This document shows positions 58,712 through 64,000 of a DNA stretch of 64,000 nt, piece after piece. Every line of letters starts with the position of its first letter. Within the stretch, counting starts at the first letter, position 1. The stretch lies in NCBI GenBank assembly GCA_965249515.1, contig OZ252240.1, forward strand, positions 4,150,693-4,214,692, written 5' to 3'. The position numbers and the translations under genes are program-made. Source of the DNA: Capsulimonadaceae bacterium (GTDB lineage: Bacteria > Armatimonadota > Armatimonadia > Armatimonadales > Capsulimonadaceae). Below the pieces are notes generated by a model, which was not told where the DNA came from, made no database searches, and saw only the letters and a list, made by a program, of their open reading frames with translations.

Positions 58712-60574
58712 ATGCCATTTTTGCCAAAACGAACCCTACTCTCGCTGCTATTTCTGCTCTGCCTTACGGGCATGGCCCGCGCCGACACGACTGTCAAGCG
58801 GCTTGCGCCGGGGGTGACGCTGACGCAGGAGATTGACCAGAAGACGCCGCTGATTATCAATGTCGTGTCGGTGGACCTCGACACGCCGGGAGTAAAGCTT
58901 GGAGTCGGCATCGGGCAGGACAAGGTCAGTGCCCCGGACCCGACCCACGGACGGGAAGATGTCTCGCGGCTGGCCCGGCGCTACGGGGCGGTCGCAGCGA
59001 TCAATGCCGACTACTTTCCGTACACGGGCGATCCGCTGGGGGTCGGGATTCGGGACGGCGAGCTGTTCTCGGAGCCGTTCCTGGGGATTCGCGGCAGCGG
59101 GCCGCGTGTGACATTGGGCGTCACCCCCGACGGGCGCGGGGTCCTGTTCGATACGCTCGGTTTTCTCGGCGACTTGCAGGCTGCCGACGGGGCGCGGGCG
59201 TATCTGGGAGGCATCAACCGCTCGACGGCGGCGAACGAAATTGTCGTCTATAGCCCTGTCTATGGGTCGGTGACCTCGAACAAACTTGGCGGCGCGGAAG
59301 CGGTGCTGTCAGGGGTCAACCTCCCTGTCCGAGCCAACAAGCTGATGACCGGGCGGGTCGAGCGGGTCGAGGCCGTGCGCGGCGCGACCGAGACGATCCC
59401 CGAAGGCGGCCTGGTGATCTCAGGCGGGCCGGGCACCGGGGCGGATTTTTTGGCTCGTCATCTGCATCCGGGGGATCCGGTGAGCTTCGTTCTGGCGGTC
59501 GCGCCGGTGGGGCAGACGCTGTCGGCGCTGCAAGTGGCGTCGCTGCCGCGCACGACAAGCGATCTGCCGTCGCGGGCGGGCCTTGCGGTCAGCCGGTCGG
59601 CGTATGTCTGGGCGGCGGTGCCGTCGGCGGTCGGCGGCGGGCCACGATTGCTGACCGATGGGCAAACCACGATTGACTGGGCCGCCGAGGGCTTCGAGGC
59701 GGGCTTTGCGGACAGCTTGAACCCGCGCACGGCGGTCGGCACGACCCGCGACGGACGGCATCTTTTGCTGGTCACGGTGGACGGGCGGCAGGCGTTCTCG
59801 AAAGGCGTCTCGCTGGCAAGCCTCGCACTCATTTTGAAGCGCTATGGGGCATGGAACGCGATCAACCTAGACGGCGGCGGCTCGACGACCCTGGCGGCGG
59901 ACGGGCTGACCGTGAGCAGTCCTGGAGGCGACGGAGCGGAGCGCCCGGTGGCGGATATGCTTTTGGTGTACAGCGACCGGCCCTACCAACCTCCCGCGCC
60001 GCTGCTGCCGACCCCGACCGCCGAGGCCGATACACCCATGGCCCAGATCGTGCTGCCGAAAGTGCCGATTCGGGTCGGCACTGCCGTTTCGCTACGGCTG
60101 TCGGTCGGTTCGCGCCAACTGTCCGGCTCCGCACCGGGCATCGTCTGGTCGGGACCGGCAACGGGCGGCATCGGCTTTGTCAACCAGAAGGGCTATTTAA
60201 TTACGGCTGCGCCCGGCACCGGCACCGTGTCCGCACTGTATGGGGGGCACCTGCTGACGGCAAGCGTCACCGTTCTCGGCAAGACCGCGCCGGTGTCGGT
60301 TTATACGCTTTCGGCTAGGCTTGCGCCGGACCCGTTTGGACTGCACAACCGAAACCAGCTTGTGGTGCGCGTTTTGGACCAAAACGGCAAGCCGCACCCG
60401 TTTGCTGCCGCCAAGATCATTGTCACGGACGGAGTCGCCGACAGCGCCGCCGTGCAGACCGACCGCGACGGCACGGCGACGGTCGGCATCACTTGGAACA
60501 ACGATGCGGGCGGCAGCGTCCAAATTATAGCGTCCGACAAGGCGCTGATACCGATCTCTCTGAAACGATTATGA
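58712..60574 (+). CDS. secreted phosphodiester glycosidase (DUF2233/NAGPA-like) with C-terminal Ig-like repeats
   Basis: Signal peptide. AINADYF, GGGPRLL, LLLVTVDGRQ, NAINLDGGGSTTL. Confidence 0.8.
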   Translation: MPFLPKRTLLSLLFLLCLTGMARADTTVKRLAPGVTLTQEIDQKTPLIINVVSVDLDTPGVKLGVGIGQDKVSAPDPTHGREDVSRLARRYGAVAAINADYFPYTGDPLGVGIRDGELFSEPFLGIRGSGPRVTLGVTPDGRGVLFDTLGFLGDLQAADGARAYLGGINRSTAANEIVVYSPVYGSVTSNKLGGAEAVLSGVNLPVRANKLMTGRVERVEAVRGATETIPEGGLVISGGPGTGADFLARHLHPGDPVSFVLAVAPVGQTLSALQVASLPRTTSDLPSRAGLAVSRSAYVWAAVPSAVGGGPRLLTDGQTTIDWAAEGFEAGFADSLNPRTAVGTTRDGRHLLLVTVDGRQAFSKGVSLASLALILKRYGAWNAINLDGGGSTTLAADGLTVSSPGGDGAERPVADMLLVYSDRPYQPPAPLLPTPTAEADTPMAQIVLPKVPIRVGTAVSLRLSVGSRQLSGSAPGIVWSGPATGGIGFVNQKGYLITAAPGTGTVSALYGGHLLTASVTVLGKTAPVSVYTLSARLAPDPFGLHNRNQLVVRVLDQNGKPHPFAAAKIIVTDGVADSAAVQTDRDGTATVGITWNNDAGGSVQIIASDKALIPISLKRL

Positions 60575-61263
60575 CCAACGAACCAAATACTCTCTTCGAA
60601 CCAACACTTGTAACACTCAAAGATGTCCGCCATGACGGGCGGGTCCGCACCTACATCACCCGTGCCAATGAGCAGATGCAGGCTATCGGCTACACCGAGC
60701 ACGGGCACCGCCACGCCGGCATCGTCTCGACGATCGCCCGCACGATTTTGACCCAGCTCGCGCACCCGGAGCGGGAAGGGGAGCTGGCGGCGATTGCCGG
60801 CTATACCCACGACATGGGCTGCGTCATCAACCGCATCGGCCATGTCGAGGCCGGGGCGCTGATGGCCTACACGATCCTGACCGACATGAAGATGGCCCCC
60901 GGCGAGATCGCCACGGTCATCGGGGCCATCGGCAACCACGAGGAGCCGAACGGCCTGCCGATCTCCCCGGTCTCCGCCGCCGTGATCATCGCCGACAAGT
61001 CCGATGTCCACTTTTCGCGTGTCCAGGAGAAAGACCCGGTCAAATGGGACATCCACGACCGGGTCAACTCTGCTGTCCAAAAGTCGTACCTGCACGTCCA
61101 CGCCGAGCACAAGATGATCACGCTGGAACTTGAGATTGATACCACCCATGCCAGCGTCACCGAATACTTCGAGATTTTTGTCCTAAGAATGGTCCTCTGC
61201 CGCCGCGCCGCCGATTTCTTAGGCTGCAAGTTCCACTTAAAGATCAACGGCGTCAACCTGTAA
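60571..61263 (+). CDS. HD-domain phosphohydrolase
   Basis: GYTEHGHRHAG...GYTHDMG...GNHEE. ATGA overlap with the upstream gene. Confidence 0.8.
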   Translation: MTNEPNTLFEPTLVTLKDVRHDGRVRTYITRANEQMQAIGYTEHGHRHAGIVSTIARTILTQLAHPEREGELAAIAGYTHDMGCVINRIGHVEAGALMAYTILTDMKMAPGEIATVIGAIGNHEEPNGLPISPVSAAVIIADKSDVHFSRVQEKDPVKWDIHDRVNSAVQKSYLHVHAEHKMITLELEIDTTHASVTEYFEIFVLRMVLCRRAADFLGCKFHLKINGVNL

Positions 61264-61283
61264 GCAGTGAGGCATGGTAAGCA

Positions 61284-61898
61284 ATGGAAACTGAACTGCT
61301 CAAAGCACATCCCCTGTTTCTCGGTAACATGGCGAACTCTACGGTAGATGACGACGACAAGCATTGGGTTGGCGGGGATGGTGGACCGCTCATTGTTCTT
61401 CAAACCAGCGTTATCCCGCAGTGGCAGGGAGCAATGGGTTCCGAGGACGATCTGAGCGATGACAGGGAGGAACTCGTTGATGTAAGCGCCGAAGACGCGC
61501 ACTTGTACGCGCCGGGCGAGGTGGCCTATGAGACGGACTCCGATGCTGCGTTCCTCTGCGGAGAGTATCTCACCCAGCGTTATGGACGCGATATGCTAGT
61601 GCTGGAGGACAGCAGTTGGAGCGGGCGATTCTTCCTCTTCGGATTAGGGGAGATTGGAATTGTACAGGTTCAGTGCCTGACAAATAATCTTCCCAAACTC
61701 ATTCAGGAGACATTACGGACAGAGCCAGACCAAACTGGACCATTCCAAATGCAGGACGAAGGCTTGCGGCTTATGGTCGGAGCGGATACGAGTGAGGACG
61801 CTTGCGGGTACGGTTTTTCAGAGGTGCTGCTGATGCCGGGTAGCAAACAATGGAAGCGGTATGAGACTGAGTGGGGCTGGCTATTCGTCATAGAATAA
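61284..61898 (+). CDS. hypothetical protein, possibly Imm21-like immunity-family fold
   Basis: HWVGGDGGPLIVLQTSVIPQWQG resembles the recalled Imm21 W..GGPL...W.G signature. AT-richer DNA. Confidence 0.45.
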   Translation: METELLKAHPLFLGNMANSTVDDDDKHWVGGDGGPLIVLQTSVIPQWQGAMGSEDDLSDDREELVDVSAEDAHLYAPGEVAYETDSDAAFLCGEYLTQRYGRDMLVLEDSSWSGRFFLFGLGEIGIVQVQCLTNNLPKLIQETLRTEPDQTGPFQMQDEGLRLMVGADTSEDACGYGFSEVLLMPGSKQWKRYETEWGWLFVIE

Positions 61899-61901
61899 AT
61901 A

Positions 61902-61934
61902 AGCCCCGGCCAAACGGTCGGGGCTGTTTTGTTT
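61902..61934 (+). terminator. rho-independent terminator
   Basis: AGCCCCG..CGGGGCT stem followed by GTTTTGTTT. Confidence 0.65.
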
Positions 61935-62082
61935 ATATCTCGTTGGCTTCTTCGCCCTTTACTGTGTCTTCGGTGACATTTTCGCTGATTTCGGTCTTGT
62001 CGTGGTCGGTTTCGCTGTGGCTGGTGCTTGTCGTTTCGGTGCCGCCGGGAATATCGTGCGTCTCAGTTTTTGTGTCGTCCAT
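61933..62082 (-). CDS. small acidic Thr/Glu-rich protein, 49 aa (below the ORF-track cutoff)
   Basis: GGAGAG RBS 8 nt upstream. MDDTKTETHDIPGGTETTSTSHSETDHDKTEISENVTEDTVKGEEANEI. GC-rich third positions. Confidence 0.35.
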   Translation of the reverse strand: MDDTKTETHDIPGGTETTSTSHSETDHDKTEISENVTEDTVKGEEANEI

Positions 62083-62148
62083 TTTGGTCTCTCCTCAAGT
62101 CGTGCTGAAGAGTTTTGCCCCGGTGAGCGCCGCGGCTAAACTTAGGAC

Positions 62149-63141
62149 CTAAACTTCGCCGGCGATTTCCTGCAAGACCATGGCCGCGCCGCCGAGTACG
62201 CCGGCGTTGTCGCCAAGCTCGGCGGGGACAATCGCGCAGGTGCGGGACATCGAGCGGATGGCGCAGGCAGTCGCCGTGCGCCGGATCGGCTCTAAAATGA
62301 TCTCGCCGGCCTGCGCGATACCGCCGCCGACCACGATCATCTGCGTGTTGAACAAATTAATGAGATTGGCGACGCAGATGCCCAAGTAGTAGCCCGTCTC
62401 CTCGTAGACTTCCAGCGCGACGGCGTCGCCCTTCTGGGCTTCCTCAGCGATAAGGGCGGGCGTGAGCGCGAAGCGGTCGTAGTCCACTCGTGCGCCGAGG
62501 GTCGTCGGACGGCCCGACTGGATCTTGCGGGCGGCCCGCTCGATAATGCCGTCGCGCTGCGCTTCGCCTTCCACGGTGCCGAACGCTGTGTTGCCGCCGC
62601 GCCCGCCGGGGTTAATAATCATGTGACCGATCTCGCCCGCGCCTCCGTCCGCACCGTCAATCAGCTTGCCGTCCACGATAATGCCGCCGCCAATCCCGGT
62701 GCCGAGCGTCACCATGATCATATGGCGCACCGACCGGCCCGCGCCGAAGCGGAACTCGCCGAGGGCGGCGAGATTGGCATCGTTGCCGATCCGCACCGGG
62801 ACCCCAAGCAGGGTCTCGACCAGATGGGCGATAGGGACACCCTTCCATTGGTCCTTGAAGTTCGGTGCCCACATGACCATACCTTCACCCGCCTTGACAT
62901 GACCGGGCACGGCGATCCCGACTCCTAAAACCTGGGCTTTATCTATGCCCGCCGCCGTCAGCGCATCTGAAACCGCCTGGACAATCTGCCCGGCGGTCTG
63001 CGCGACCCCTTCCAACGCGTGCGACGGCAGGTTCCGGCCCCGCGCCACGACTTGTTCGGTGTCCCGGCTTAGTACCGCCGCCCGGACATTGGTCCCGCCC
63101 AAATCCACGCCGACCACATAGGGCTTATCAATCTGTTCCAA
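62149..63141 (-). CDS. ROK family glucokinase
   Basis: VGVDLGGTNVRAAVL, GIGGGIIVDGKL, GEIGH. Confidence 0.9.
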   Translation of the reverse strand: MEQIDKPYVVGVDLGGTNVRAAVLSRDTEQVVARGRNLPSHALEGVAQTAGQIVQAVSDALTAAGIDKAQVLGVGIAVPGHVKAGEGMVMWAPNFKDQWKGVPIAHLVETLLGVPVRIGNDANLAALGEFRFGAGRSVRHMIMVTLGTGIGGGIIVDGKLIDGADGGAGEIGHMIINPGGRGGNTAFGTVEGEAQRDGIIERAARKIQSGRPTTLGARVDYDRFALTPALIAEEAQKGDAVALEVYEETGYYLGICVANLINLFNTQMIVVGGGIAQAGEIILEPIRRTATACAIRSMSRTCAIVPAELGDNAGVLGGAAMVLQEIAGEV

Positions 63142-63276
63142 ATCATGTCTCCTCGCATCAATTCTCTCGCACTAAATCTCTGGCTTTGAGTATAGCGGAC
63201 TCGGCCCAAGTTGTCAAGATTGCCGGCGAGGCAGCCAAACGGTTACGAAGCGGGCGATTGTGCTATAATCAAAATT

Positions 63277-63489
63277 ATGAGCAACGAAACCGCCGACTAC
63301 TTGACGATGCCTGCGCCGCCAACCGATGAGGAGTGGGCAAAAATACAGCCGCTTATAGACCAGGCCATCGCCGATGGAAACCCCTGGGCTGCCGGTGCAG
63401 GTATTTCCCGTAAAGATGCTGCTTTTGAGGAATGGATTGAGATCACGTGTGAGAACCGGCGTAAAGCCGATGCGGAGCCAAACTGTTGA
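63277..63489 (+). CDS. small antitoxin-like protein, paralog 1 (70 aa)
   Basis: The C-terminal half (NPWAAGAGISRKDAAFEEWIEITCENRR) parallels the next gene (HPWLPAIGIFEDDAVFEGWQQAIQDYRR). TATAAT at 63264-63269. Confidence 0.5.
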   Translation: MSNETADYLTMPAPPTDEEWAKIQPLIDQAIADGNPWAAGAGISRKDAAFEEWIEITCENRRKADAEPNC

Positions 63490-63518
63490 GCGTCAAGTAA
63501 ACTTTTGGAACCAAAACT

Positions 63519-63725
63519 ATGAGTAAGCAAACAGCCAAAAAAATAAATGATGACTTTAAACCCGAAAACATGACGTTGGAACAACTTATGGCGAAATTAA
63601 AAGAAGAAAACCATCCCTGGCTCCCAGCTATCGGCATCTTTGAAGATGACGCCGTTTTTGAGGGATGGCAGCAAGCCATTCAAGACTACCGCCGCAGTGT
63701 GGATGAAGACCCTCAAGCGTTATGA
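63519..63725 (+). CDS. small antitoxin-like protein, paralog 2 (68 aa)
   Basis: ATGA overlap with the downstream PIN gene. Confidence 0.55.
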   Translation: MSKQTAKKINDDFKPENMTLEQLMAKLKEENHPWLPAIGIFEDDAVFEGWQQAIQDYRRSVDEDPQAL

Positions 63726-64000
63726 GCCTACAAATTCTGGATACCGTTACGCTATCGTTGCTGGAACGAAAAGACTTGAACGTGCTACGCCGCTTCGTGG
63801 CAGTCCCTCCTTTGGAACTGGCAGTCACAGTTATCAATGTCGAGGAGCAACTGACCGGCTGGCAGCTTTATCTACGTCATGCTCGAACTGATAAAGAGCT
63901 TGCTGCTGCTTACGCAAAATTGGCTGCTTCCGTCCGGGTGCTGTCAGGAATGCAAATACTCGATTTCTCCGAAGCCGCTATTGCCCGCTACAATACGCTT
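63722..64000 (+). CDS. PIN-domain (VapC-like) toxin, 3' partial
   Basis: Open frame to the window end: MSLQILDTVTLSLLE...ILDFSEAAIARYNTL. It has the N-terminal LDT acidic motif and the typical 'fd..aa..y..l' segment. Not in the ORF track because it is unterminated. Confidence 0.7.
   Translation, partial: MSLQILDTVTLSLLERKDLNVLRRFVAVPPLELAVTVINVEEQLTGWQLYLRHARTDKELAAAYAKLAASVRVLSGMQILDFSEAAIARYNTL

Overview
High-GC bacterial chromosome segment. The prepilin-type H-X9-DG (DUF1559-like) paralogs suggest Armatimonadota or Planctomycetota, but that is inference only. Most of the window is housekeeping: ispE, pdxS, gltBD, rpsU, ybeY, dgkA, a ROK glucokinase, transporters and regulators. The main feature is a nearly complete selenocysteine locus at about 18.7-37.9 kb: moaA, selA, selB, selD, tRNA-Sec (selC), fdhD and an fdnG/fdnH/NrfD-type formate dehydrogenase. 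The ORF track splits both selD and fdnG at in-frame UGA codons, and each UGA is followed by a SECIS-like hairpin. The track also hides tRNA-Sec under a false N-terminal extension of fdhD. Accessory DNA interrupts the locus. One interruption is an IS982-family element, with 17-bp inverted repeats and an 8-bp target duplication, inserted in a pilin-like gene; a 23-bp tandem duplication has inactivated its transposase. The other is a visibly AT-richer island encoding an SMI1/KNR4 protein, two tandem Uma2 nucleases and two small helical proteins. Intergenic DNA carries unusually long, perfect palindromic elements. Two of them sit inside operons (fdnG|fdnH and gltB|gltD). One family shows compensatory arm changes between copies. 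Other items include a 1140-aa candidate PPi-type PEPCK, a lipoprotein with an RGG/FG-like tail, a DgkA-PAP2 fusion and a PIN toxin module with a duplicated antitoxin. All calls come from reading the sequence and from recalled family motifs. No searches were run.
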